The notes below the pieces were generated by a model that was given only the letters and a program-made list of their open reading frames with translations, was not told the DNA's origin and searched no databases. The position numbers and the translations under genes are program-made. A stretch of DNA of 64,000 nt from Malacoraja senta (Eukaryota), in the NCBI GenBank assembly GCA_038087875.1, contig CM075996.1:3660001-3724000 (forward strand), given 5' to 3'. Every line of letters starts with the position of its first letter. The stretch's first letter is position 1. Below are positions 1 to 11,990 of this stretch, in pieces.

Positions 1-722
1 CTCACACCCCAGTCAATCTCTCTTCTCCCCTTTCCTGTCGGGCAGAAGATACAAAAGCTTGAAAGCGCGTACCACCAGACTTAAGGGCCTGTCCCACTTT
101 CCCGAGTTATTCACGAATTCACCCGAGTTTTCCCCTTGATTTAAACTCGCAGAATGTTCGTAACGAGTCCGTAGGAGTCCGTGGATATATCGTAGCGGCT
201 CGTTATGCCAGCCGTAGGTACTCGTGGCATCAGGTAAGTCTGGACGTTTTTTTCCAGCCTGATAAAAAATGTCCACAAGTTTAAAAAAATAACCCCGAGT
301 ACCTACGGCCAGCATAACGAGCCGCTACGATATATCCACGGATTCCTACGGCCTCGTTACGAACATTCTGCGAGTTTGAATCAATTGGGAAAACTTGGGA
401 GAATTCATGAATAACTCGGGAGAATTCGTGAATAACTTGGGAAAGTGGGACAGGCCTTAAAGCACAGCTTCTTACAAGTTGTTAGCAAACTCTTGAAATC
501 TCCTCTTCTATGCTAGGGAAGAATTCCTGATCTTGCAATATATCCTATTGCAGCTCTTGCACTATTTAGAATCTGCACGTTTTCTGCAGTCTGTTTATTT
601 TCTCTTTTGCATTGCCTGATGCACTCGTGCATGATGTGATTTGCCTGGATCGCAACAGAAAACAAAGTCCTTTCACATATCTCAATACCTGTGACAATAA
701 TAAACCAATGCCAATACCAATA
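1..722 (+). mobile_element. Rex1/Babar-like LINE 3' end, interrupted by a MITE
   Basis: LFSPFLSGRRYKSLKARTTRL | HSF...KLL resembles the Rex-Babar C-terminus (SGRRYRS..RTTRL.NSFFP.AIRLLN); 3' UTR ends in gtgacaataataaa(ccaat)n. Confidence 0.6.
85..457. mobile_element. PIF/Harbinger-like MITE family A, long hairpin
   Basis: Termini GGGCCTGTCCCACTTT...AAAGTGGGACAGGCCT with TAA on both sides; arms reverse-complementary over ~140 bp; 21-bp tandem duplication in the right arm. Confidence 0.8.
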
Positions 723-1837
723 GAGCCATCCATTCCAAACAATGATCTATTCTACACTTTCCTTGATCTCTATTCCCTTTGCCTTGTTTTCACACCTTAT
801 ACTTCCTTATCTATCTATCTCCCTCCCCCCTGATCAGTCTGAAGAAGGGACTCAACCCGAAACATCACCCATTCCTTCTCTCCAGAGATGCTGCCTGTCC
901 CGCTGGCATTTTGTGTCTATCTGTGTTCACCCTTTCCAAACCTCTCATTCTGCCTCAGGTTTACGCGGTGCTAAGGATCTTCCCTCAGTAGTTGGGTATG
1001 AAGGCCTGGTCTCTTATCCTTTATGTGATTCAATTCCAACAAACGAATGGAGGAGCTTGACTTGCGTGAATCCCACGGTTCTATTTCTGAACGTCTACCA
1101 GTTGCTCTCATGTATGGTGTCCCATGTAGTGCCATGCAGTGCCACCTACAGGTTGTCCATGCCTTTATCTTGCCTGTGGCCAGATTCAATGTTGCACAAA
1201 GAGGATCTCCTTAGACTGGTCCCACAGGAGCCAGAGTCGCCAATGACTTTAAATAAGTCCTGGCTCTCTGTTCCTGGACTTGTGGGAGAACTGGGAAGGG
1301 GGAGGGGAAGGAGGGAGAAAGCACGGGCTACCTAAAACGAGGCTTTGGATGGACATTTAAATAGGCAAGATACGGTTCTGATGTGGGCAAATGGGACGGC
1401 ATGGATGTTCTGGGCTGAAGGGCCTGTTTCTCTTTGACTACTTCCTACGGAACCCACCGTTTAATCTCCTGATCTTTCTCTTATCCTGATCCCAACCTTG
1501 CCCCCTCTAACCCCAATTCCTGACCTTCCAATCCTTGCCCTTTGATGCTGACAATCCTACTCCTTCAACCTACTGTTTCAATCCCCTCTGAACCTGTACT
1601 TCCTGCCACCCAACCCCTCGATCTATCGTTCCAGCCTCCTTGACCTTGTACTTTGACCCACGATCGCGATCCCACCTTCTTGACCAGCATATTGTGGTCT
1701 CCACCGATCACTGTTCCTGCATTTCTGTCCTTGGGGGAGTAGCCCGGCACCACCACTCCCTCCAACTCCGGCTCTGCTTCCACCACATGATGGAATGAAT
1801 TGTCAGGCAACCACACCACCCTACCACAACCTGAACT

Positions 1838-2187
1838 ACTACCTTTGCGATTGCAGCTCCTAGACTGTGGAACAGCATCCCTTGGTTCTTGGTTTCTTGG
1901 TCCTCCAAAATATTCCAAATGGAATTTAAACTGGAGGTGGGCATCCCGCCTCCCATCAGAACTGCCCCCTCCATCGACTCCTTTAAGTCGAGACTAAAAA
2001 CTCATCTCTACTCCCAAGCCTTTCTTGACGTCCTCTGAGCGAGGGCTATATGTATGTAGTGATGTTTGTATTTAATCTATGAACCACTGTTGGCTGTTAT
2101 ACTATTCTTATATCAATGTAAAGCACTTTGGCCAACGAGAGTTGTTTTTTAAATGTGCTATAGAAATAAAAGTGACTTGACTTGACT
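1838..2187 (+). mobile_element. L2-clade LINE 3' end
   Basis: FAIAAPRLWNSIP[insert]PPIRTAPSIDSFKSRLKTHLYSQAF; tail aataaaagt(gactt)n; homologous to 7384-8036 and 55550-55900. Confidence 0.75.
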
Positions 2188-2467
2188 ACCCACCTCATTG
2201 GAGACCCTCGGACTATCTTTGATCGGAGTTTACCTTGCATTTTACATTGCACTAAACGCTATTCACGTTATTCCCTTCATCGTGTTTCTGCACACTGTCG
2301 ATGGTTGGATTGTAATCATGTATTGTCTTTCCGCTGACTGGTTAGCACGCAACAACAGCCTTTCACTGCACGCAGTACAGCGTACACAATACTGCCTCCA
2401 ATACTGCACCACCTTCTCTTCATTGGAGAGAAAGCCTTTCATGTGACAATGAACTAAACTAAACTAA
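2187..2467 (+). mobile_element. Rex-Babar-like LINE 3' UTR
   Basis: Same sequence follows a Rex-like coding end at 37335-37640; (aaact)n tail. Confidence 0.6.
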
Positions 2468-2574
2468 TCTGCCCTGGAAATGCATGCAAAATGCAGCCCT
2501 CTTCCAGTGCAGGATGGGAAGCAAAACATGCATCCTCGGTCTTCAAGCACTTGGGCAATTTTCCAACATCAAAG

Positions 2575-2878
2575 GGGCGGCACGGTGGCACAGCGGTAGA
2601 GTTGCTGCCTTACAGTGCCAGAGACCCGGGTGTGATCCTGACCACGGGTGCAGTCTGTACCGTTTTTTACGTTCTCTCCATGATCTCGTGGGTTTTCTCC
2701 AGGTGCTCCGGTTTCCTCCCACACTCCCAAAACGTACATGTTTGTAGGTTAATTGGCTTCGGTTAAAAATTGTAAATTGCCCCTAGTGTGTAGTGATAGT
2801 GTACGGGGATCGCTGGCCGGCATGGACTCGATGGGCCAAAGGGCCTGTTCCCGCACTGTATCTCGAAAGTAAACTAAA
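2575..2878 (+). mobile_element. tRNA-derived V-SINE (HE1-like)
   Basis: tRNA-like head GGTGGCACAGCGGTAGAG...GATCCTG, V-domain-like core, 3' tail GGGCC.AAGGGCCTGT shared with CR1 LINEs, (aaact)n end. Confidence 0.8.
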
Positions 2879-3636
2879 CCCATCTGGACCCTCCTCTCCA
2901 AAACCTCCCCCTGATCTGTTGCCGAAAGATGCCTGTTATCACTTGAAGCAGAGGACATTTAATTTCTAATCCCTGGTTCATTCTGTCCGGTGTCGACAGC
3001 AGGCTGCTTCTTTCTGACATAAGTTGTCCATGTGTGACCTTCCCTGCAAGAACCATGTAAACACTGCCCCATTAAGCCTTGGCGATAGACTGTGGGTTAG
3101 CTCGGTTGCTCAGCCATCCTCCCTTCCTGTGACTGTCATTCAACGAGCGCTTCCATCATCTTCTTCAGCTCCTTGTTCCAAGTGCTTGACAACATAAGCA
3201 CACAGATTAACCTCTGAACTATCTCCATGCTCGAATCCTGCTCGTTTTCAAAATCTGATAATAGATACCTGCATCATTAATGATAACAGCTTTAATTAAG
3301 GTGTGAGATTAAATGCCACAGGTTCAGTACTGTTTGACTAAAGATAGGTTTCTATGCTTGGTTTGAGCTATTTCCTGCCAGGACCCATCCACTCAATCCT
3401 TGGCATCACCAATAACCATAGCATATGGTTTGATTAAACACAGATTACAGGGGCTGGATGTGTAGGAAGGAACTGCAGATGCTGGTTTCAACCGAAGATA
3501 GACACAAAAAGCTGGAGTAACTCAGCGGGACAGACAGCATCTTTGGAGAAAAGGAATCGGCGATGTTTCGGGACGAGACCCTTCTTTAGAGTCAGAGGAA
3601 ATGGAAATGAGAGATATAGACGGTGATGTCGAGAGA

Positions 3637-4092
3637 TAGAGTCATAGAGTGATACAGTGCGGACACAGGCCCTTCGTCCCAACTTGCCCACACCGGCCAA
3701 CATGTCCCAGCTACACTAGTCCCACCTGCCAGCATTTGGTCCAAATCCCTCCAAACCTGTCCTATCCATGTACCTGTCAAGCTGCTTCTTACACGTTGGG
3801 ATAGTCCCAGCCTCAACTACCTCCTCTGGCAGCTCGTTCCATTCATCCACCACCCTCTGTGTGAAAAAGTTACCCCTCAGATTCCTATTAAATCTTTTCC
3901 CCCTCCACCCTAAACCTACGTCCTCTGGCCCTCGATTCACCTACCCTGGGCAAGAGACTCTGTGCATCTACCCGATCTATGGCTCTCATGATCTTACACA
4001 CCTCCATCAGATCACCCATCATCCTACTGCGCTCCAAGGAATAGAGTCCCAGCCTACTCAACCTCCGCCTCCAGCTCGGACCCTCTGGTCCT
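3637..4092 (-). mobile_element. CR1 LINE 3' fragment
   Basis: RLGLYSLERSRMMGDL...ESRARG...NFFTQRVV..WNELP; (actctatg)-type tail. Confidence 0.85.
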
Positions 4093-4238
4093 GGCAACAA
4101 ATGTAGACCAAATGAGTGAAAGATAATGATGATAAAGGAAACAGGCCATTGTTAGCTCTGGCCTAGGTGGAAAGTGGTTGGAACCAAGCCGGGACTCTTA
4201 GATTAGGTTGTAGTTTATAGATTGAATGAAACAATAGC

Positions 4239-4266
4239 TTATTATTATTATTATTATTATTATTAA

Positions 4267-4303
<37 letters not shown>
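4239..4303. repeat. (TTA)n microsatellite
   Basis: Seen directly; source of the poly-Asn ORF. Confidence 0.95.
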
Positions 4304-4306
<3 letters not shown>

Positions 4307-5049
4307 ATCATTGAAAACATTAGCGACGCAGTGGTGCTGGTTTCCGACGGGCAAAAGCCATAGCAGATGAATTAAAGGAAGTTAAAATTCAGTCAAAGGA
4401 AAATATCAACCTCTGTTTATCTAACTGTCTATCTCCTGATCTCTTTCTCAATTTATTATTTCCATTAAATGCATCTACATCATTGCACAGACATCATCTC
4501 CATCCATCCATCCTCGTTTGAGTAGATGCCTTTTTATATCAACTCTTTCTTTTAACCTGCCTCTTTTTTTTTATAGTAAGACAAGAATTAATTATACTTC
4601 TAAAGAAAAAAACAAGTCAAATTTGTCGATTCAAATTGCTCAGCCATATAAGAATAAAAAGTACCAAAGATTTTTTCTCGTCTGGGGATCTGGCCCAATT
4701 CAAATCACTCAGCCTACTGTGACAGAGAGAGACGCAGAAACTCAGCGGCGACCTCTCTGAACAGCAGTCTACCCGGCTTCAACTGAAAAGGTCGGTTTAT
4801 CTATTGTCAAACCGTGAATCAATGGGAGCCCAGGACCTGTGGCCCTGTTAACAGCAGGGGGGGCAAGTTAAAGCGGCAAGTCTTCTAAGCCTTGGTGCTG
4901 TCTCACTGCTGTGCAACACTCTGAGTCACGTTCCAGTCTGAAAGCGTACAGCTTGTGAAAGGAGGGTCAAAAGAAAGGATCATAGTTCTGCCTCCAATAC
5001 TGTGCCGCCTTCTCTTCCTTGGCGCCACAGAGAGCATGAAACCAGTATA

Positions 5050-5665
5050 CAGGGCCTGTACTCTGGAGTTTGGAAGGATTGTTGAAACCTACCGATTAGT
5101 GAAGGGCTTGGATAGAGTGGGTGTGGAGAGGATGTTTCCACTGGTGGGAGAGTCTAGGACTAGAGGTCACAGCCTCAGAATTAAAGGGTGTTCCTTTAGG
5201 TCGGAGATGGGGAGGAATTTGTTTAGTCCGAGGGTGGTGAATCTGTGGAATTATTTGCCACAGAAGGCTGTGGAGGCCAAGTCAATAGATATTTTTTTAA
5301 CGCAGAGATAGATAGATTCTTGTTAAAGAAGGAACTGCAGATGCTGGAAAATCGAAGGTACACAAAAAAGCTGGAGAAACTCAGCGGGTGCAGCAGCATC
5401 TATGGAGCGAAGGAAATATTGGTTGTGGAACAGTCTCCGGAGAGAGGAGGAATTGGTTGTGGAACAGTCTCCGGAGAGAGGAGGATTGGTTGTGGAACAA
5501 TCTCCGGAGAGAGGAGGATTGGTTGTGGAACAGTCTCCGGAGAGAGGAGGAAGGATGGATAGATTCTTGATTAGTATGGGTGTCAGGGGTTATGGGGAGA
5601 AGGCAGGAGAACGGGGTTAGGAGGGAGAGATAGATCAGCCATGATTGAATGGCGGAGTAGACTTC
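5050..5665 (+). mobile_element. CR1 LINE 3' fragment with nested insertion at 5323-5557
   Basis: ETYRLVKGLDRV..ERMFPLVGESRTRGHSL...RVVNLWN; resumes after a 12-bp duplication gatagattcttg (5311-5322 / 5558-5569). Confidence 0.85.
5418..5551. repeat. 33-bp minisatellite, 4 copies
   Basis: Unit ttggttgtggaacagtctccggagagaggagga. Confidence 0.9.
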
Positions 5666-6160
5666 ACTATAACCTATCCAGGTATTCTGGCCACTCATTC
5701 AGCTTGTCATAGCCTCTTGAAGCTTTTTTTCATCCTCTTCCCAACTCACCACCCCAACTTGTTTTGTTGGCAAGTGAGCAAACTGTGAAATAAGATACAT
5801 GGAATATGATAATATCTATTCCCACAGCCAATTAATTGGTATTGTTTGTGAATTGTTGGGGTCAAGCACGCATCACTGAGTGCACCAAAATACCAACCTG
5901 TCAACCAGAGAAATATCTGTTCTTCAGAAATGTCAGAAGAAGGGTCTTGACCTGAAACGTCACCCATTCCTTCTCTCCAGAGATGCTGCCTGTCCCGCTG
6001 AGTTACTCCAGCATTTTGTGTCTATCTTCGGCTTAAACCAGCATTTGCACAAATATCTGTTATAGTCTGAAGAAGGGTTCCTACCTGAAACGCCACCTAT
6101 TCTTTTTCTCCACCTAAATGCTGTCTGACCCGCTGAGTTACTCCAGCATTTTTTGTCTAT

Positions 6161-6586
6161 AGGGCCTTTCCCACTTGGGCTGTTTTTTAGGGGACTGTCA
6201 TGACGTAGCAGATTGCCGAAAAATTGGCGACTGGACCCCTCTTTCGACATAAAATTTGAAATAGAACCATTACTTTTTTTTAAATGGTCAGCACCGGCGA
6301 CAACCTACGTCACCTGGGAACCACCTACGTTAACCTGGCGACATCTATGAGAGCACCTACGTCAGGAGAAGTAAAGCTACGCTCATTGGCGTCAAACCCA
6401 CTGTCGCCGACTGTCTACGAAAAGGTTTCAACATGTTAAAAATCCAGCGGAACAAGAAAGACGCTACGACTCTTTGGGCGACTGAGGAGACGACTCATGA
6501 CCATACAGGCGACACCCCGACGACCATGTGGTGACAGCCTGGTCGCCTGTAGTCGCCTCAAAAATCACCTAAGTGGGACAGACCCT
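6161..6586. mobile_element. PIF/Harbinger-like MITE family B
   Basis: Termini AGGGCCTTTCCCACTT...AAGTGGGACAGACCCT; TAT on both sides; splits a Penelope-derived repeat (gtctat|cttc). Confidence 0.7.
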
Positions 6587-6914
6587 TATCTTCTGTTATG
6601 ACCACACTTTGCTTTCCGTGATAGCTAGTTTTCAATCCACATCAGTTCATGACCTCCATTTCCATGTGTCCAACCTTGTTGATCAATGACATATAAATGG
6701 GGCCTTATTGAATGCCTTTTGATATTCCAAATGCCACATCCACAAGTTTCCTTATCTATGCAATATTCGTATTGTCAAAGAGCTGCAGCAGATTGGTCAA
6801 ACATGATTTTCCTTTCACTAATCCACGTTGATTCTGATGAATCCTATTATTCTTATCATGTTGTTCAGCTGTTACATCCTTCATTACAGATTCCCTACCA
6901 TCGACATGAGGTCT

Positions 6915-7280
6915 GTTCTCATAAGGTCATAAGTAGAATTAGGTCATTCGGCCCATCAAGTCTATTCCGCCATTCAATCATGGCTGATCTATCTCTCCCT
7001 CCTAATCCCATTCTCCTGCCTTCTCCCCATAACACCTGACAGTGTACTAATCAAAAATCTATCTATCTCTGCCTTAAAAATATCCACCTGACTTGGCCTC
7101 TGCAGCCTTCTCTGTGAAAGAATTCCACAGATTCACCACCCTCTGATTAAAGAAATTCATCCTCATCTCCTTCCTAAAATAATGTTCTTTAATTTTGAGG
7201 CTGAGACCTCTAGTCCTAGACTCTCCCACTAGTGGAAACATCCTCCCCACATCCACTCTATCAAAGCCTTTCACTATTCT
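6915..7280 (-). mobile_element. CR1 LINE 3' fragment
   Basis: KGFDRVDVGRMFPLVGESRTRG...FFNQRVVNLWNS. Confidence 0.85.
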
Positions 7281-7383
7281 TTCTCTTGCATTTTTAGAAA
7301 GACAAGCCAGGCAGGACTTATACAGTAAATAGTGAGGGCTTGGGAAGTTTTGTCGTTCATAGACCCAGGGATATAGGTTTATT

Positions 7384-8036
7384 CAAGTCAAGTCAAGTCA
7401 CATTTATTTATATAGCACATTTATTTTTATTTTTTTTTATTTTTTTTTTTTTTTTTTTTAATTTTTTTATTTTTTAGAAGTACGGTAGATTACAGTAATG
7501 TACAACACGTATATATTAATACATTTTTTGTACCGCTTCATTTTTTTAAACTTTAAGAAAGAAAAAGAAAGAAGTAAGAAAAGTGAAGAAAGTGCGCAAA
7601 GGTTGTGAAGTGCAAAAGAGTGTTGGGAAAAGAAAGCCCCTTAGAAAAGAGGTTAGAGAAGGAAGTAAAGTTAGAAAATAGACCCTAGAAAAAAAAAGAG
7701 AAAGAAAGTGTTTTACATTTGTTATAAGAATAGTATAAACAAACAAACTACATACATATATACAGCTATCAGTCTGAAGAAGGGTTTCGGCCCGAAACGT
7801 TACCTATTTCCTTCGCTCCATATATGCTGCTGCACCCGCTGAGTTTCTCCAGCATTTTTGTGTACCTTCCATTTTCCAGCATCTGCAGTTCCTTCTTTAA
7901 CTCTTTAATACATATATACATATAGCCCTCGCTCAGAGGACGTCAAGAAAGGCTTGGGAGTATAGATAAGTCTTTAGTCTTGACTTAAAGGAGTCGATGG
8001 AGGGGGCAGTTCTGATGGGAAGGGGATGCTGTTCCT
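7384..8036 (-). mobile_element. L2 3' end carrying a nested L1-type poly(A)-tailed fragment (~7420-7705) and a Penelope repeat (7765-7907)
   Basis: Reverse complement of the 1838-2187 element; poly-T run at ~7420-7475; Penelope insert flanked by atacatatataca (7752-7764 / 7908-7920). Confidence 0.7.
7772..7803 (+). ncRNA. Minimal hammerhead ribozyme core (Penelope-derived)
   Basis: CUGAAGA-A-GGGU(UUCG)GCCC-GAAAC-GUU. Confidence 0.6.
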
Positions 8037-9733
8037 TGAAAGCTGCAACAATGTAGAGAGTGGTGGAGAAAGCATCTGGCATGCTTGCCTTCATTGGTCA
8101 GGGTTGTCCTGAAGATAGACACAAAAAGCTGGAGTAACTCAGCGGGGCAGGCAGCATCTCTGGAGAGAAGGAAAGGGTGATGTTTCGGGTCATAGATTCA
8201 CCGGGCTAATTCCTGGGATGAGAGGGATTCTTTAGCGTTCTTATGGTATTTTCTACCCTTAAATCCACAGGAATAATCCTAGAATCTATGTAAGAAAGGT
8301 CCCTGATCCGTTTTCTTCAGAGATTCTGCATGACCCGCTGAGTTGCTCCTGCACTTTGTATTTTTCTTTGTAAGTCAGTATCTGCAGTTCCGTGTTTCTT
8401 CATCTTTCTAAACCTTGGAAGCTGACAACCGAAGTGTCCACCATCTCTGGAGCCACTTCTATAAAAACTGTAATGTAAGTCATTATCAGCTGGTTCAGGA
8501 CTAGTTTTTAACCAACACTTAGTTCTTTCATTTCCTCAATCTCACTCTTCCCTTGATTCTCCAATATATCCCACAGGCTACGGTGTCATCTTCTGCGAGG
8601 CCACAATGGTTTTCCCCTGCCATGTCTCTTTCACTATCAGAAATTCTACCGTCCCTATCTGTAAGATACCCACATTTGTCCTTATTCATCTTTCCCTGTC
8701 TACGTACCTATAAAAACTCTTACAGCCTGGTTTCATCTGCTTGCCTGTCCATTCTCACAATTATCTTGCTTTTCCTTGGTCTTCCTTTGCTGACTTCAAA
8801 ACTGCTCTCAATCCTCAGACCTGTTGCTATTTCTGGCAACTTTATAAGCCTCTTCTTGGATTTAATATTATCTTTAATTTCTCTTGTCAGGCATGGATGA
8901 ATCACTTTTTCTGTTTGGTTTTTATGCCTGAAGGGAATTATTTTTTAAAACAATTTATGCATTCTCTCGTTAAATACCAGCCATTGCCAGTGTACTATGA
9001 TACGTTGCATTGTGTTCTTCTATTCAACCCAAGCGAACTTATCTTGTGCCTTCATTGTTTCCTTCATTCAGATTTAAGTTCCCAATTTCACATAGAATTT
9101 CACATCCGGTGAGATGATTCAATCAATTTATGGTCACTTTTCCCAAAGACGTCTTGACAAGAAGATTATATATTTACCCTCTCTCATTGCACTGAACAAG
9201 ATGCACCCAACCATGTCTGAAAGGTGACAAAGTGCTGGAGTAACTCAGCGGGTTGGGCAGCATCTCTGATGGACAAAGTTAGGTCATGTTTCAAGTCGGG
9301 ACCGTTCTTCAGACTCAGAAAGAGTCCTGACCCAAAATGTCTCCATTCCATCCCCTCCAGAGATGCTGCCTGTCTGATCCGATGCGTTCCTCCAGTACTT
9401 TGTGTCTTTTTTTTTGTGTAAGCCAGCATCTGCAGTTCCTAGTTCCATGGCTGAGAGGAACTGGTTTGCACAGTGGCATAAAGTCACCAAAATACTGCAG
9501 CACTTCTATTAAGTTCATAAGCTGTAGAAACAGAATTATGCCATTCGGCCCATCAAGTCTACTCCACCATCCAATTGTGGCTGATCTATCTTTCCCTCTC
9601 AACCCCATTCTCCTGCCTTCTCCCCATAACCACTGACACCCGTACTAATCAAGAAAATGGCTTATTGGCTTCTGAAATTGAAGATCCCTGTGGAAAGAAC
9701 AATATATCTGATCCACAAAGTAATGTAATGTGA

Positions 9734-9765
9734 ATCTGAAGAAGGGTCTCGACCCGAAACGTCAC
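9734..9765 (+). ncRNA. Minimal hammerhead ribozyme core (short Penelope-derived repeat)
   Basis: CUGAAGA-A-GGGU(CUCG)ACCC-GAAAC-GUC. Confidence 0.6.
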
Positions 9766-10729
9766 CCATTCCTTCTCTCCAAAGATGCTGCCTGTCCCGC
9801 TGCGATTCTCCAGCTTTTTGTGTCTATCTTTGATCCACAATGTAATCCCGTTATTGTGCTGCTGTATACATATTGACCAATTAACATAAAGAGCTGGAGC
9901 ATTGACTCATTCCATGGCTGCTTCGATACCTAATTTTCAAACTGTGGCATACCTTCATAATTCATTGGTAACAGTGGCGTATTGTGGTTTTGTACATTCT
10001 ACGGTCAAGGTTGATCTAAACACTGTGATTGGAAGCATGGCATAGACACAGACCTTCTTCATGTCAGTTGGCCTTCAAGCACACAACACACTTGGAATGA
10101 ACAATGTTCCTAAGGGAGTGATAGTCTACCAAGCATAAGGGAGCAGCATTGTTCATCCAATAATGGAGTTATTTTTATACAAGAAGTCAATACAAATTAA
10201 TTGTGCACTTGCGAGTTTGATTGTATTTCAAAAACTTGCTTGATTAGCATTCACAATTATAGGCATGTAATAGATTTTTATTCAACATTGTACTCAATAT
10301 CTTCACAATTATGAGTGTAATCATGGAATTATCACGACGTACTGCACAAAAATGGGCTCTCGGCCCAACTCATCTATGCCAACCAAAATGCCCCACCAAA
10401 GCTAATCCCTGCATATATCCCTCGAAACCTTCCCTACACATGTCCAAGGGGTAATGATAGGCATCATGGAGTCACACAGCTCTGAAACAGGCACTTCAGC
10501 CCAACTCGTCCATGCCGACCAAGATATCCCATCTGAGCTAGTCCCATTTGCTTGCATTTGGTCCATATCCTTAACCTTTCCTGCACATGTACCTGTCCAA
10601 ATGTATTTTAATGTTATCCTCTGGATATATATCCATGACAGATTAAATGTAACTATGGGTCCACTTGAACAATTGTATCACCTTGGCAAACATGTAGATG
10701 CTGCAGATGGTGAAGAGGACAACTGGTAC

Positions 10730-11990
10730 GACAGCCCTTATTTCAAGCGCATTTGAATTCAGGACTAAAGAAGGAATTTGCAATTCTGTTGGGTTTTAAT
10801 GAGATCACATTTGGAGTATTAAGCATCATTTATGTTCCCTTGCCTAAGAAAGGATGTACCTTGCATTATAGAGAGAGTGCATTGAAGATCCATTCATCTG
10901 GTTCCGAGGATGGTGGGTATGCCACATGAAGAGGGATTGACGCGAGTAGGACTGCATTCATGCGGAGTTAAGAAGAGTGAAATCGCTTGGAAACATACGC
11001 AAACCTTACAATGACTGGAGGGGCTGGTTTCAGGTTTCCTCTAGGATCAGGGAAAGAAGATGAGTAAAAGCGGATGGCTGATTTGGAATGAGATGAGAAG
11101 AAATGTCTTCACTCAGAGCACGGAGAACCATTAGAATACTCTATCTCAGGAAGTTGTGGTGGCTCAGTTGATGTCTTCATTCAAATCACAATCACAATAA
11201 TACTTTATTAGCCAAATATGTTTTGTAACATACGAGGAATATCATTTGCCAAGTCAGTCATACAAATAAAAAGCAACAGAACACACAAAATGCATTTAAC
11301 ATAAACATCCACCACAGTGACTCCTCCACATTCCTCACTGTGACGGAAGGCGAAAAAAAGTTCAAATCTCTTTCCTTCGATGCTCTCCCGTGGTCGGGGG
11401 CCTCGAGCCTTCCGTTGACGGGATGATCTTAACTCCCGTAGCCGGCGGTCGGGCCCTCCGCATCGGGGCGATCAGCTCCTGCATCGGGGGGATGTCAGCT
11501 CCCCCTGCGCTGGCGATCGGACCCCGGGTTGGGGCTGGGTCATTGGAGCTCCCGACTAGCCTCTCCCGAGACTGCGAGCCCTTGATGGTAAAGTCCGCAG
11601 GCCTCTGTTGGAGCGATCACAGGCAAGGGATCGGCTCCGATGCTAAGTCCTCGCCCCGCGGTGGGGCACAAAGTCAGTCCAGCTCCATCGATGGTAGGCC
11701 GCAGATCGGCCGGAGATGCGACCCGGAAAACAATCGCATCTCCGGCAAGGTAAGAGACTGAAAAAAAGTTGCCCCCGACCCCCACATAAAACAAACTGGA
11801 GAACATTTACACAGACCTTTAACGCACACTCATTAATTTTTTTTTAAAAAGACAAAAAAACAGACAGGCTGTTGGCGGAGCTGCCAATCGTGCGGCAGCA
11901 GATGAATAGATTTCTGGCCTCTCAGAGAATCAACAGATATGGAGAAAGTGAAGGAAAGAGGCACTGAGGAGGAAGATCAGCCATGTTCTT
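10730..11990 (+). mobile_element. Old, degenerate CR1 LINE fragment interrupted by another repeat
   Basis: Decayed CR1 motifs (cacatttggagtatt; gagatgagaagaaatgtcttcactcagag; gatcagccatg). Confidence 0.55.
11205..11890 (-). mobile_element. Unclassified retroposon with GC-rich body and (gtgatt)n-type tail
   Basis: On the minus strand AATAAA plus a short tandem tail at 11205-11215; GC/CpG-rich 11390-11780; splits the old CR1. Confidence 0.4.

Noticed and set aside
742..1335. 197-aa ORF
   Set aside because: Runs through a Penelope-derived repeat; no recognisable domain or exon context.
2575..2650. tRNA genes at SINE heads
   Set aside because: A/B-box-like sequence continues into the V-SINE core and LINE-like tail; no complete cloverleaf.
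5418..5551. 33-bp repeats as a CRISPR array
   Set aside because: Head-to-tail units with no spacers, in eukaryotic DNA with no cas genes.
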